Below, piece by piece: positions 9,231 through 19,054 of a stretch of DNA of 64,000 bases (position 1 is the stretch's first letter; each line of letters starts with the position of its first letter). The DNA comes from Candidatus Eiseniibacteriota bacterium (GTDB taxonomy: Bacteria > Eisenbacteria > RBG-16-71-46), in the NCBI GenBank assembly GCA_963717505.1, contig OY970342.1, positions 1,920,001 to 1,984,000 on the forward strand. Direction: 5' to 3'. The position numbers and the translations under genes are program-made. The notes beneath the pieces are model-generated. The model saw only the letters and a program-made list of their open reading frames with translations. It did not search any database and was not told where the DNA came from.

Positions 9231-11453
9231 ATGACCGATCCCGCAAGCCTGCCCCTGCCTGCGTTGCCGGACCGTCCCCGACGCGTCCGCTGGGGCTACT
9301 ACGCGACTCGGCTGCTGCTCGTGATCTTCCTGCTCGCGGTGGCCGCCTCATTGCCGACCCATCGCGCCGTGCCCGACAAGTATCGCTATCGCGAGGGCGA
9401 GATCGCACGCGAGCGGGTGGTCGCGCCCTACGATTTTCGCGTCGAGAAGGACGAGATGGCGTTGCGCCACGAGCAGGAGCAGGCCGCGTCGGCCGTGCCG
9501 CCGGTCTACGTGGTCGACGACCGCGCTTCGGCCGACATGATGTCCCGCTTCGGATCGTTTCAGGAGCGCACGCTGGAGCTGACGATCAACACGGCGCTGG
9601 CGCCGGCCGAGCGCACCGCGCGCATTCGCGCACTGGGGGTTCCGCTCGGAGAAGAGGCGGCGACGGCGCTCGGCGACCCGCGACGGACGCGACGCATCCT
9701 GCGGTCGCTGGCTTCGTGGCTCAACGAGATCTACGAGGCCGGGGTGGTCGCCGAAAAACGCTCGGGTGCGATCCAGGGCTACATGACGGTCCAGCTGCGT
9801 GACGGTGAAGCCGAAGCGCCGCGCGCGGCGTCGCTGGTGCGCGACCGCCGCGAGGCCCTGACGCTGATCGAACGGCGCGCGCAGTCGGCGATGCCCGACG
9901 ATCCGGTGGGCGTGCGGGTGACCGGCGAAATCGCCTCAGCGTTCATTCAGCCCAACGTCGTCTACGACCGCGCCGAAACCGAGTGGCGCCGGATCCAGGC
10001 GCAAGGGGTGGTGCCGGCAACCATCGGATTCGTCCAGAAGGACGAGTTGATCGTGGACGCGAACCAGCGGCTCGACGCCGATGCCGTGCTCAAGCTGCGC
10101 TCGTTGCGCAATCTCGAGGTCGCGCGCCGCAGTCGGTCCGAGTTCCTGTACCCGCCGGTCGCGCGCATGCTGCTGATGCTTCTGTTCATCGCCGCGTTCG
10201 TCGCGTACCTGCGCATGGAGCTGCCCGCGGTCTATCGCGACAATTTCATGCTCGGCATGTTCGCGCTGTTGACCGCGCTCGGGCTGGGCCTGACCCAGGT
10301 CCAGCTGACGCTGCTCGAAATGCCGATCCACTCGATCGCGATCGCTTTCGCGCCGCTGGTCGCGGCGTCGCTCCTGGAGAAGCGGCCGGCGCTGGTGTTC
10401 ACGCTGATGCTGGTGGTGATCACCATCTCGGTCGGGGAGCTGCCGGCGCCCTTCATTCCGGTCGCAGTGATGGGCGGGATCACCGCGGTCTACTCGGTGG
10501 CCCGACTGCGCCACCGCTGGCACTTCGCGGCGGCGTTCGTCACCATTTCGCTCGCCAACGCCGCGGCGATCCTGGCCTGGGACCTGGCGCGATCCGACTC
10601 ATTCGCCGCGGTGGCCCGCGACATCATGTGGGGTTCGGTCGGCGCATTCGCCGCGACTGCGATCGCGTTCCTGATGCTGCCGTGGATCGAGCACGTCTTC
10701 GGACTGACGTCGGACGTCACGCTGCTCGAGCTCTCCGATCTGAACCGCCCGATCCTCAAGCGTCTCCAGCTCGAAGCACCCGGGACCTACCATCACAGCA
10801 TGATCGTCGGCAGTCTGGCCGAGGCGGGAGCCGAGGCGGTCGGAGCCAACTCGCTGCTGACCCGAGTCATGGCCTACTACCACGACATCGGCAAACTTTC
10901 GAAGCCCGAGTACTACGCCGAGAACGAACCGGCTTCGTCGCGCAGCCGGCACGAAAAGCTGGCGCCGAGTATGAGCACGCTGGTGGTCAAGTCGCACATC
11001 AGCGAAGGGCTCGAGATCGCGAAGCGCATCCGACTGCCGCGTGCGGTGCAGGCGGCGATTCCCGAGCACCACGGCACAATGGTCATGGCGTTCTTCTATC
11101 ACAAGGCGCTCGAGTTGGACCCGGGCGCACGCCGCGCCGATTTCAGCTACCCGGGGCCGCGGCCGCGCTCGCGCGAGACCGCGATCCTGATGCTGGCCGA
11201 CGGCGTCGAGGGCGCCTCGCGCGCGCTGGAAGAGCCGACGCCCAGCCGCATTCGCGGACTAGTCACGCGCATCATCTCGGAGCGCGTCGCCGACGGCCAG
11301 CTCGACGAGTGCCCGCTGTCGATCCAGGAGCTGGCGAGGATCCGCGAGTCGTTCATTCCGGTTCTGACCGCGATCTTCCACGTGCGTGCGCCCTATCCGG
11401 AAGCTCCCAAGCGTCACGGGCGCGAGCACGCCGACGCGCGCCGCGAGGGCTGA
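9231..11453 (+). CDS. 7TM-HD (HDIG) phosphohydrolase, PgpH/YqfF-like c-di-AMP phosphodiesterase family
   Basis: N-terminal TM, extracytoplasmic domain, about 7 TMs, then LLELSD, APGTYHHS, YYHDIGK, EHHGT, YPGPRP, MLADGVE; typical phoH-X-ybeY synteny. Confidence 0.9.
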   Translation: MTDPASLPLPALPDRPRRVRWGYYATRLLLVIFLLAVAASLPTHRAVPDKYRYREGEIARERVVAPYDFRVEKDEMALRHEQEQAASAVPPVYVVDDRASADMMSRFGSFQERTLELTINTALAPAERTARIRALGVPLGEEAATALGDPRRTRRILRSLASWLNEIYEAGVVAEKRSGAIQGYMTVQLRDGEAEAPRAASLVRDRREALTLIERRAQSAMPDDPVGVRVTGEIASAFIQPNVVYDRAETEWRRIQAQGVVPATIGFVQKDELIVDANQRLDADAVLKLRSLRNLEVARRSRSEFLYPPVARMLLMLLFIAAFVAYLRMELPAVYRDNFMLGMFALLTALGLGLTQVQLTLLEMPIHSIAIAFAPLVAASLLEKRPALVFTLMLVVITISVGELPAPFIPVAVMGGITAVYSVARLRHRWHFAAAFVTISLANAAAILAWDLARSDSFAAVARDIMWGSVGAFAATAIAFLMLPWIEHVFGLTSDVTLLELSDLNRPILKRLQLEAPGTYHHSMIVGSLAEAGAEAVGANSLLTRVMAYYHDIGKLSKPEYYAENEPASSRSRHEKLAPSMSTLVVKSHISEGLEIAKRIRLPRAVQAAIPEHHGTMVMAFFYHKALELDPGARRADFSYPGPRPRSRETAILMLADGVEGASRALEEPTPSRIRGLVTRIISERVADGQLDECPLSIQELARIRESFIPVLTAIFHVRAPYPEAPKRHGREHADARREG

Positions 11454-11460
11454 CGGCCGC

Positions 11461-12003
11461 ATGCCGCTGGTCGTGTCCGGGCCGCCCGCCCTCTGGCGCG
11501 CGGCTCGCCCGCTGACGGCGATCGTTCGCCGCGCGCTCGGTCCCGAGTCCCGGGTCTGTGGTGATCTGACCGTGGTCCTGGCGCGCGACCTGGACCTGCG
11601 CGCCCTCAACCGGAGGTGGCGCGGCATCGATCGCGCGACCGACGTCCTGAGCTTCTCGTACGACGACGCAGAACCCGCGGCGAGCCGCCGCCGCGTCGAC
11701 GGCGATCTGGTCATCTCGCTCGACCGAGTCACGGCCCAGGCCCGCCGCTACCGGGTGAGCCGGGGCCTGGAACTCGCGCGGTTGGTGATCCACGGGGCCC
11801 TGCACCTGGCGGGACTCGATCACCATCGTCCCGGCGAACGCCGGCACATGCGCGCGCGCGAAGAGGCGGCGCTGCGCGCCTGTCGTTCGGCGGCGATCAC
11901 GCTGGATCGCATCCTTGCGGCCGCCGACCCGAGTCCGCCGCGCGGCCCGAGTGTCGTGCGCCGTCGAATCGGCCGCGTGACCCGGGCGACCCGAAGCAGC
12001 TAG
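11461..12003 (+). CDS. ybeY: rRNA maturation endoribonuclease YbeY
   Basis: LNRRWRG, TDVLSF, GDLVIS, HGALHLAGLDH zinc motif; start reassigned to ATG 11461. Confidence 0.92.
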   Translation: MPLVVSGPPALWRAARPLTAIVRRALGPESRVCGDLTVVLARDLDLRALNRRWRGIDRATDVLSFSYDDAEPAASRRRVDGDLVISLDRVTAQARRYRVSRGLELARLVIHGALHLAGLDHHRPGERRHMRAREEAALRACRSAAITLDRILAAADPSPPRGPSVVRRRIGRVTRATRSS

Positions 12004-12042
12004 AGTCGTGGATCGCGCGGGCTCGGGCTCGCGCCCCCGACC

Positions 12043-12681
12043 ATGGACTCGCCGATCTCATCGTCCAGCGCCGACGGCTCGCGCCTCCTCGGCTGGATTC
12101 GCGCCCGGCTGCTGACCGGGCTCCTGGTGCTGGCACCATCGGCGATCACGTTCTGGGTCCTGTTCCGTCTGCTGAACTGGATGGACAACCTGCTCGGGCG
12201 CTACTTCCGATTCGAGTTCTTCGACTACAACCGGATCCCCGGGCTCGGATTGGTGGCCACGCTGCTCCTGCTGCTCCTGGTCGGCGCGATCGCCGCCTGG
12301 ATCGGATCTGGTCCGATCGTCCGGCTGTGGGACCGCGCGCTGACGCGCATTCCCGGGATCGGCATCGTCTACGGCTCGACCAAGTCGCTGGGCGAGGCGC
12401 TGATCCAGCGCAAGGAAGACACGTTCAAACGGGTCGTCCTGATTCCGTGGCCGCATTCGGGGATGTGGCGCGTCGGATTCATCACTGGTCGCGCCGGCCC
12501 GGAAGTGCGCGAACAGGTCCAGCAGGACGTCGAAGTCGTGTTCGTGCCGCACACGCCGAATCCGGCGTCGGGGTTCGTCCACTACGTTCCCAAGAAGGAC
12601 GTGATCTACCTCGACTGGTCGGTCGAGGATGGACTCAAGGTCATCGTTTCCGGCGGCGTGGTTCAACCGGGTTCCGACTGA
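12043..12681 (+). CDS. DUF502 family membrane protein
   Basis: LTGLLVLAP, IPGLGL, RIPG..VY, GFIT, VFVPHTPNPASGF, VSGG. Confidence 0.88.
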   Translation: MDSPISSSSADGSRLLGWIRARLLTGLLVLAPSAITFWVLFRLLNWMDNLLGRYFRFEFFDYNRIPGLGLVATLLLLLLVGAIAAWIGSGPIVRLWDRALTRIPGIGIVYGSTKSLGEALIQRKEDTFKRVVLIPWPHSGMWRVGFITGRAGPEVREQVQQDVEVVFVPHTPNPASGFVHYVPKKDVIYLDWSVEDGLKVIVSGGVVQPGSD

Positions 12682-12684
12682 GCC

Positions 12685-13503
12685 ATGGCGATCGTCACCA
12701 GCGAGGGGATCGTCCTCAAGACCCACGCACTCGGGAATACCAGTCGAATCGTGGTGGTCTACACGCGCGATCACGGTCTGCTCAAGTTGGTGGCCAAGGG
12801 CGCGCGCCGGCCGCCGAACCGTTTCGGCTTCGCGCTCGAGCCGCTGTCGCGCGCACGCTTCACGCTCTATCACCGGCCCGATCGCGATCTGCTGTTGTTG
12901 TCCCAGGCCGAAGTCATCGATCCGCTCGGCAGCCGACTCCACGACCTGGCGCGCTTCGCCCACGCGCAGGCGGCGATCGAGCTCCTGGATCGCGTGGTGT
13001 GGGGCGAGGAGCCGCATGCGCTGCTCTACGACCTGCTGGCGTCCACGCTCGCAGCCACCGGCACGGCACCGCTCGCGGCTCTGGACGCGGTGACGCTCGC
13101 CTACGAACTTCAGGTCGCGAGCCTGATGGGTTATCGCCCGCGGCTCGACGCCTGCGCTGGTTGTGGCTCCGCGCTCTCGCCGCGACGGCTGTTCTCGCCG
13201 GCCCGCGGGGGACTGTTGTGCGATCGCTGCGCCGCCGCCGAGGCGGGCACCATCGCGCTCTCGGCCGATGCGCTCGCCGGGTTGGCGCTCCTGGTTTCGC
13301 GACCGGTGCTCGAGGCCGGCGAGTTCGTCGAGATCCGGCGCGCGGGGGAGATCCAGCGGGTGGTCGAGATGTTCTTTCGCCATCACTTCCAGCGCTTCCA
13401 CGGGCTGCGCTCGCTCGAAATGCTGCGCTCGCTGCCGAGTGTCCCGGATCCGGTGGGGGAGCTTCCCGGCCCCGCTCGGAGCCGGGTCCCGGCGACTCGA
13501 TAG
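12685..13503 (+). CDS. recO: DNA repair protein RecO
   Basis: EGIVLK, AKGARR, LEPL, zinc finger CAGC...CDRC; position between ybeY and glyQS. Confidence 0.92.
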   Translation: MAIVTSEGIVLKTHALGNTSRIVVVYTRDHGLLKLVAKGARRPPNRFGFALEPLSRARFTLYHRPDRDLLLLSQAEVIDPLGSRLHDLARFAHAQAAIELLDRVVWGEEPHALLYDLLASTLAATGTAPLAALDAVTLAYELQVASLMGYRPRLDACAGCGSALSPRRLFSPARGGLLCDRCAAAEAGTIALSADALAGLALLVSRPVLEAGEFVEIRRAGEIQRVVEMFFRHHFQRFHGLRSLEMLRSLPSVPDPVGELPGPARSRVPATR

Positions 13504-13606
13504 GGCCCCGGACAGCCACGGAAGCTTCACTCTTCTGGTGTGGGAAAGTCCCTGAAGCAGACGTAGAATCCCCAGTGGGAATCCCCCGCCAAGCGAGGAG
13601 GATGTC

Positions 13607-14890
13607 ATGAGGTCCACGTGCCGTGACCTGTCTACGGTCCTGCTTGCGGTCCTCGCCATGCGGTGTGTGGGCAGCGTACCGATCGCCAGCGCCGCCGGCG
13701 TCCCGACCTATGTCGGCGAATGGGGAACCCTTGGAACGGGTCCGCTCAACTTCAATGGTCCGACCGGAATCCATGTCGGTCCCGATGGGCGGGTCTACGT
13801 CGCGGACAACGGAAATCGCCGCATCAAAGTCTTCACCACCGATGGATTGTTCGTCCGCGAATGGTTGTGCTCCGACGGGAGCGTGCTCGACCGGCCGTGG
13901 GACGTCGCGGTGGGTGCGGGGAACGTCGTCTACGTCACCGCATCGAATCACCGCGTGCTCGAGTTCACGGATCAGGGTGTGTTCCTGGATGGTTGGGGCA
14001 GCTACGGCTTCTGCGACGGCGAGTTCTCGCTGCCGGTTTCGGTGGCTACCGACGCGGCCGGCGACGTGTACGTCTCCGACTTCGCCAACCAACGAATCCA
14101 GAAGTTCACGGCGGTTGGGGGGTTCATCACCAAATGGGGATCCTCGGTGCCCGAGTGTGCGCCCCCCGCGCAGGAGGCGTTCTATCCCGTGTCCATCGCC
14201 ACCGACGCGTCCGCTCGCGTTCACGTGATCGCGCGCGTGGCGACCGGGAACGGGCCGCCGAATCCGCCGTACGAGATGGAGGTCCAGCGCTTCTCGAACA
14301 CAGGAGATCCGCTCGGAGCATGGGTGGCCGCCGGGGCGGCGGGCGGCGTGGTCGAGCCGTTCGGGATCACCGTGAACTCGGTGGGGGTGGTGTTCGTCGC
14401 CGACCCGAATTCGCACCGGATCCGCTGGTTCGATGCCGATGGCAACGTTCTGGGCACCTTCGGGTCCTTCGGTCCGACTCCCGGCCGTTTCTACGATCCG
14501 CGCGACCTGGCGTTCGACGCCGATGGGGACTTGTTCGTCCTGGACGCGGGGAACAATCGGGTTCAGAAGTTCACGTTCGCCACCGCAGACGTGCCGCTGG
14601 ACGGCGAGGCGATCTCGTTGCGCGCATGGCCCAATCCCGCGCGTGGCCTGGTCTCCGTGGAGTTCGGCCTGACGCATGGCGGCGCCTGCGAGGTCGGGGT
14701 CTACGACTTGAGTGGTCGTCGGGTCGCGTTGCTCGACAAGTCCGTCCGGCCGGCGGGGAATCACCAGGTCCGATGGAGCGGCCTGAACGACGAGGGTCAG
14801 CCCGTCTCCCCCGGCGTGTACTTGTATCGGGTCCAAGCCGGGGAACAGATTCGAACCGGCCGCGTTGCGTGGCTGAGTCCGGGCGACTGA
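13607..14890 (+). CDS. Secreted NHL-repeat beta-propeller protein with C-terminal FlgD-Ig/T9SS-type sorting-like domain
   Basis: Signal peptide; repeated FxxPxGI...VYVADxxNxRIQKF units; C-terminal PNP...VYDLSGRRV...WSG...PGVYLYR; GAGGAGG RBS. Confidence 0.85.
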   Translation: MRSTCRDLSTVLLAVLAMRCVGSVPIASAAGVPTYVGEWGTLGTGPLNFNGPTGIHVGPDGRVYVADNGNRRIKVFTTDGLFVREWLCSDGSVLDRPWDVAVGAGNVVYVTASNHRVLEFTDQGVFLDGWGSYGFCDGEFSLPVSVATDAAGDVYVSDFANQRIQKFTAVGGFITKWGSSVPECAPPAQEAFYPVSIATDASARVHVIARVATGNGPPNPPYEMEVQRFSNTGDPLGAWVAAGAAGGVVEPFGITVNSVGVVFVADPNSHRIRWFDADGNVLGTFGSFGPTPGRFYDPRDLAFDADGDLFVLDAGNNRVQKFTFATADVPLDGEAISLRAWPNPARGLVSVEFGLTHGGACEVGVYDLSGRRVALLDKSVRPAGNHQVRWSGLNDEGQPVSPGVYLYRVQAGEQIRTGRVAWLSPGD

Positions 14891-14908
14891 AGCGCCGCAT
14901 CGACGTTT

Positions 14909-14945
14909 CGGCGAAGGGGCTGCCGGAGTGGGCGGCCCCTCGCTG
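14909..14945 (+). terminator. GC-rich hairpin after the NHL gene (possible terminator)
   Basis: CGGCGA-AGGGGCTGCC pairs with GGCGGCCCCT-CGCTG; U-tract is weak. Confidence 0.35.
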
Positions 14946-14980
14946 ATTCTCCGGCGAAGTCGAAGCGCGCGGCTCCAGGT

Positions 14981-15009
14981 TTCACCGGCGCGACCCTTCG
15001 CCTTATAGT
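14981..15009 (+). promoter_or_regulatory. Putative sigma70 promoter for glyQS
   Basis: TTCACC-17 nt-TATAGT. Confidence 0.5.
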
Positions 15010-15100
15010 ACCGGGCTTGAAGCTGCCGATCGGGGGCGGCCACCAGACGTTCGAGATCGCTCGAGCCCTGCCCCTGCCGCCTAACCACTCCCAGACGCCC

Positions 15101-16060
15101 GTGACCCCGCTCGATCCCAAACGCTCGCTCCAGGAAATGATGCTCGCGCTCGAGACCTATTGGGCGGTGCGCGGGTGCATCCTCCAACAGCCGTATCCGT
15201 CGGAGGTCGGCGCCGGCACGTTCAATCCGGCGACGTTCCTGCGCTCGCTCGGACCCGAGCCGTGGAAGGTCGCGCACATCGAGCCGTCGCGCCGACCCAA
15301 GGACGGCCGCTACGGCGAGAACCCGAATCGCTTCCAGCAGTTCTACCAGTACCAGGTGCTGCTCAAGCCCGCGCCGGCGGACGTCGTGGACCAGTACTTC
15401 GACTCGCTCCAGTCGCTCGGCATCGACCCGCGCGAGCACGATCTGCGGCTGGTCGAGGACGACTGGGAGTCGCCGACCCTGGGTGCGGCCGGCCTCGGCT
15501 GGCAGGTGTGGATGGACGGCACCGAGATCTCCCAGTTCACCTACTTCCAGCAGTGCGGCGGGATCGAGCTGCCGGTGGTCTCGGCTGAGCTGACCTACGG
15601 CCTCGACCGCATCGGCATGCTGCTCCAGGGCGTGTCGCGCGTGCAGGACCTGGTGTGGGCGCCGGGCGACGCCGCGAACGGGTTGCCGAGGATCCTCTGG
15701 GCGGATCTCTGGCTCCAGAACGAGAAGGAGTTCTCACGCTACAACTTCGAAGAGGCCGACGTGCCGGGCCACCTCGAGATGTTCAAGTTCTGGGAGCGTG
15801 AAGCCGCGCGTCTGCTGGACTTGGGGCTGGTGATGCCGGGTTACGACGCGGTGATCAAGTGCTCGCACCTGTTCAACGTGCTCGACGCGCGCGGCGCGAT
15901 CTCGGTGAGCGAGCGCGTCGGCTACATCGGGCGCGTGCGCCGCCTGGCCCGCCAGGCGTCGGAGGCCTACGTCGCGCAGCGGCGCGAGCTCGGCTTTCCG
16001 TTGCTCCGCGACCAGGCCGAGCGCGCGAAGTGGCTGGCGGCCGACGAGGTCGAGGCGTGA
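15101..16060 (+). CDS. glyQ: Glycine--tRNA ligase alpha subunit
   Basis: [62 protein letters not shown]. Start uncertain (TTG 15017 or GTG 15101). Confidence 0.95.
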   Translation: MTPLDPKRSLQEMMLALETYWAVRGCILQQPYPSEVGAGTFNPATFLRSLGPEPWKVAHIEPSRRPKDGRYGENPNRFQQFYQYQVLLKPAPADVVDQYFDSLQSLGIDPREHDLRLVEDDWESPTLGAAGLGWQVWMDGTEISQFTYFQQCGGIELPVVSAELTYGLDRIGMLLQGVSRVQDLVWAPGDAANGLPRILWADLWLQNEKEFSRYNFEEADVPGHLEMFKFWEREAARLLDLGLVMPGYDAVIKCSHLFNVLDARGAISVSERVGYIGRVRRLARQASEAYVAQRRELGFPLLRDQAERAKWLAADEVEA

Positions 16061-18222
16061 GCCACGTCCTGCTGTTCGAAATCGGCGCCGAGGAGATCCC
16101 GCCCTCCTACGTGCCGCAGGCGCTCGACCAGCTCGAACGCGGCGCGCGCGCCGGTCTCGAGGAGCTGCGCCTGGCGTTCGAGGACGTTCAGGTCTACGGG
16201 ACGCCGCGCCGACTCGCATTGATGGTGCGCGGGCTCGCAGGTCGGCAAACCGATCGCGACGAAGAGGTCACCGGCCCGAGCGCCAAGGCCGCGTTCGATG
16301 CCGCGGGCCAACCGACCAAGGCGCTGCTCGGCTTCTGTCAGGGACGGGGTGTGGACCCGGCGTTGGTGCGACGCGTGCAGACTCCGAAGGGCGAGTACGT
16401 CGCGGTCACCGTGCATCACGTCGGCAAGCCCGCGGCCGAAGTCCTGCGACCGTTGTTGACTCGGCTCGCGACCACGATCGGTTTTCCCAAGACCATGCGC
16501 TGGCTCGCCGACGACACGCGATTCGCGCGGCCGGTGCGCTGGCTGGTGGCGTTGCTCGACGACCAGGTGCTGCCGGTGCGGGCGTTCGGAGTCGATGCCG
16601 GACGCGAGTCGCAGGGACACCGGTTTCTCGCGCGTGGGGCGGTGAGCCTGCGTCAGGCGCGCGAGTATTTGGGCGCGCTCGAGAAGGCATTCGTCCTGGC
16701 CGACCCCACGGAGCGTTCGGCACGGATCCGTTCCCAGGCGGAGACCCTCGCCCGCGAGGCCGGCGGGCGGATTCGCGACGACGAGGAGTTGCTGGCCATC
16801 AACGCGTTTCTCGCCGAATGGCCGACCGCGCTCCGGGGCGCCTTCGACGAGCGCTACATGAAGCTGCCTGTCGAGGTGATCGTGATGGCGCTGCGCGAGC
16901 ACCAGCGATTCTTCGCGGTCGAGCGCCCGTTGACGGGTCCCACTCGTCCGGAGCTGCTGCCCTCGTTCATCGCGGTCCGCGACGGCGACTCGCGCGGTCT
17001 GGATCAGGTCCGGCGCGGCAACGAAGAGGTGCTGGTCGCGCGGCTCGACGACGCCGAGTTCTACTGGCAGACCGACCAGAAGCGGACGCTCGAGCAATGG
17101 GTCGAGTCCCTGGGCTCGGTGGTGTGGATGGAGGGCTTGGGGTCGCTCCGGGACAAGGCAGCTCGCCTCGAGTCCCTCACCGATTGGCTCGCCGACCGAC
17201 TGAACCCGAGTGCGAAGACAGCCGCCCGTCGCGCCGCGCTGCTCTGCAAGACGGATCTCACCTCGGAGATGATCGGGAGTGGCAAGGAATACGCGTCGTT
17301 GCAGGGAGTGATTGGCGCGTACTACGCGAAACATGCCGGCGAGCCGGAGGAGGTTCGGTTCGCGATCTACGACCACTACCGTCCCGCTTTTGCGAACGAC
17401 GTACTTCCTACCACCGACGCCGGGCTGATTCTTTCGCTCGCGGACAAGCTCGATCACGTTGCCGGCTCCTTCATCGCAGGGAAGGTGCCCAAAGGGAGCG
17501 AGGATCCTTACGGAGTGCGTCGTGCCGGCAACGGGGTGATTCGCATCCTCATGGAAAAAGATCGCTCCCTCGACCTCTACGCTGCGTCGATGGAGAGCAC
17601 ACGGATCCTGTTCGCCAACGATCCGGAGCTGCCCCACGCGGCGATCATGAAGCAGCTCGGAGCCTTCTGGCGCGGGCGGGTGGAAAGCGCGCTCGACGAC
17701 CGCTCGATTGCCTACGACGAGCGCGACGCCGCGGTCGAAGCCCGGGTGGCGGGTTCTGAGGTGGGGCGGCCGGGGTGGACCGACCCGGCGGATTGCCTGA
17801 GCCGCGCGCGGGAGCTTCGCGGTTTTCGGGCGGACGCCCGGTTCGAGTCGCTTGTGATCCTGTTCAAGCGCGTGGCCAATATCCTCAAGGCCGCGACCGA
17901 ACCCCTGCCGGCATCCCTCGATCGGGCGGCCCTGGTCGAGCCGGCCGAGCAGGCGTTGCATTCCGCTCTGCTGCGGGCCCGGGAGGCGACGGATCCGCTC
18001 TGGGCCCGCCGGGCCTACCGAGACATCCTGCCGGCCCTGCTCGATATGGAACGGCCGATCCATACCTTTTTCGACGTGGTCCTGGTCAACGCCGAGGAAG
18101 CGCGCATCCGCCTGAACCGGTTGCGCTTGCTGGACGAGGTGCGGGCCCTGTTCCTGCGCGGGTGGGATTTGTCGCGCGTGGTGGTCGAGGGCGAGCGGGT
18201 GCCGGTGTCGGCCGGGAGGTAG
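16057..18222 (+). CDS. glyS: Glycine--tRNA ligase beta subunit
   Basis: [63 protein letters not shown]; GTG start overlaps the glyQ stop. Confidence 0.95.
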   Translation: MSHVLLFEIGAEEIPPSYVPQALDQLERGARAGLEELRLAFEDVQVYGTPRRLALMVRGLAGRQTDRDEEVTGPSAKAAFDAAGQPTKALLGFCQGRGVDPALVRRVQTPKGEYVAVTVHHVGKPAAEVLRPLLTRLATTIGFPKTMRWLADDTRFARPVRWLVALLDDQVLPVRAFGVDAGRESQGHRFLARGAVSLRQAREYLGALEKAFVLADPTERSARIRSQAETLAREAGGRIRDDEELLAINAFLAEWPTALRGAFDERYMKLPVEVIVMALREHQRFFAVERPLTGPTRPELLPSFIAVRDGDSRGLDQVRRGNEEVLVARLDDAEFYWQTDQKRTLEQWVESLGSVVWMEGLGSLRDKAARLESLTDWLADRLNPSAKTAARRAALLCKTDLTSEMIGSGKEYASLQGVIGAYYAKHAGEPEEVRFAIYDHYRPAFANDVLPTTDAGLILSLADKLDHVAGSFIAGKVPKGSEDPYGVRRAGNGVIRILMEKDRSLDLYAASMESTRILFANDPELPHAAIMKQLGAFWRGRVESALDDRSIAYDERDAAVEARVAGSEVGRPGWTDPADCLSRARELRGFRADARFESLVILFKRVANILKAATEPLPASLDRAALVEPAEQALHSALLRAREATDPLWARRAYRDILPALLDMERPIHTFFDVVLVNAEEARIRLNRLRLLDEVRALFLRGWDLSRVVVEGERVPVSAGR

Positions 18223-18244
18223 GCGTCCCGGGCTGCGTAATTCC

Positions 18245-18273
18245 TTGACACAATGCGGCAAGCTCCATAGAAT
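18245..18273 (+). promoter_or_regulatory. Near-consensus sigma70 promoter
   Basis: TTGACA-17 nt-TAGAAT. Confidence 0.75.
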
Positions 18274-18376
18274 CCTTGCACTTACCTTTGTCGCGTCTCC
18301 CCTTGCACGCACCCATGAACCGTTGAATATTGCTGGGCTTGGCTGGTGCCTCCTGCCGGCGCGCCCCGAGGCGCTC

Positions 18377-19054
18377 ATGACCTCCCTGCTTCGCAACCTC
18401 GCGATTCTCGCTTCGGGCGGCCTTCTCGCTTCCACTTCGGCCATGGCCTCGGTGCCCAGCGCGGCCAATTCCGACGTCCCGTGCGGGATCGTCCTGGTCG
18501 GAACCTTCGCCGGCGTCCCAGACCCACGCGGTGAGTTCACGATCATCGTTCGGGACCAGGCCAACAACCCGATTCCGAACGCTCGGGTCGAGATCGTCCT
18601 CTGCGACTGCAGGGGGTCCGGGGGCGAGCAGGACATCCGGCTGTGTTCCCATCAGCCGGATCCCGACGTCACCGGCATCCTGTGCGAGACGCAATGTCCG
18701 GGAGGCCTGCTGACTGCGAGCACCGACGGTGCCGGACAAATCACGCTGACCGTGACCGGTGGTGCGAACAACCTCGGAAGCGGCGAACCCGCTGCTCCTT
18801 TCAAATGTGCGAGCGTCTACGTCGAGGGCGTGAACCTCGGCGCCATGAACGTCGGCGTGTTCGACCAGAATGGCGCCGGAGGGGTCAATCCGGCGGACAT
18901 GTCGGTGTGGCTGTCCGACTCGTTCAGTCTGGAGCTCGAGGGTCGATCGGACTTCAATTGCACCAACAGCGTGAATCCCGCGGACCTCTCGATCCTGATC
19001 GCCGCCTCGCTCTCGGGGAATTCGCTGTCGAGCTGCAGCTCCTACTGCTTCTAA
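18377..19054 (+). CDS. Secreted Cys-rich protein with an Ig-like region and a duplicated dockerin/EF-hand-like C-terminus
   Basis: Signal peptide ending AMA; VRDQANNPIPNARV and TDGAGQIT resemble bacterial Ig-like domains; DQNGAGGVNPADM and DFNCTNSVNPADL repeats; 10 Cys; GAGG RBS. Confidence 0.75.
   Translation: MTSLLRNLAILASGGLLASTSAMASVPSAANSDVPCGIVLVGTFAGVPDPRGEFTIIVRDQANNPIPNARVEIVLCDCRGSGGEQDIRLCSHQPDPDVTGILCETQCPGGLLTASTDGAGQITLTVTGGANNLGSGEPAAPFKCASVYVEGVNLGAMNVGVFDQNGAGGVNPADMSVWLSDSFSLELEGRSDFNCTNSVNPADLSILIAASLSGNSLSSCSSYCF

Noticed and set aside
15010-15100. Possible T-box or glycine riboswitch upstream of glyQS
   Set aside because: The leader is too short, has no T-box UGGNACC motif or terminator, and is open in frame with glyQ.
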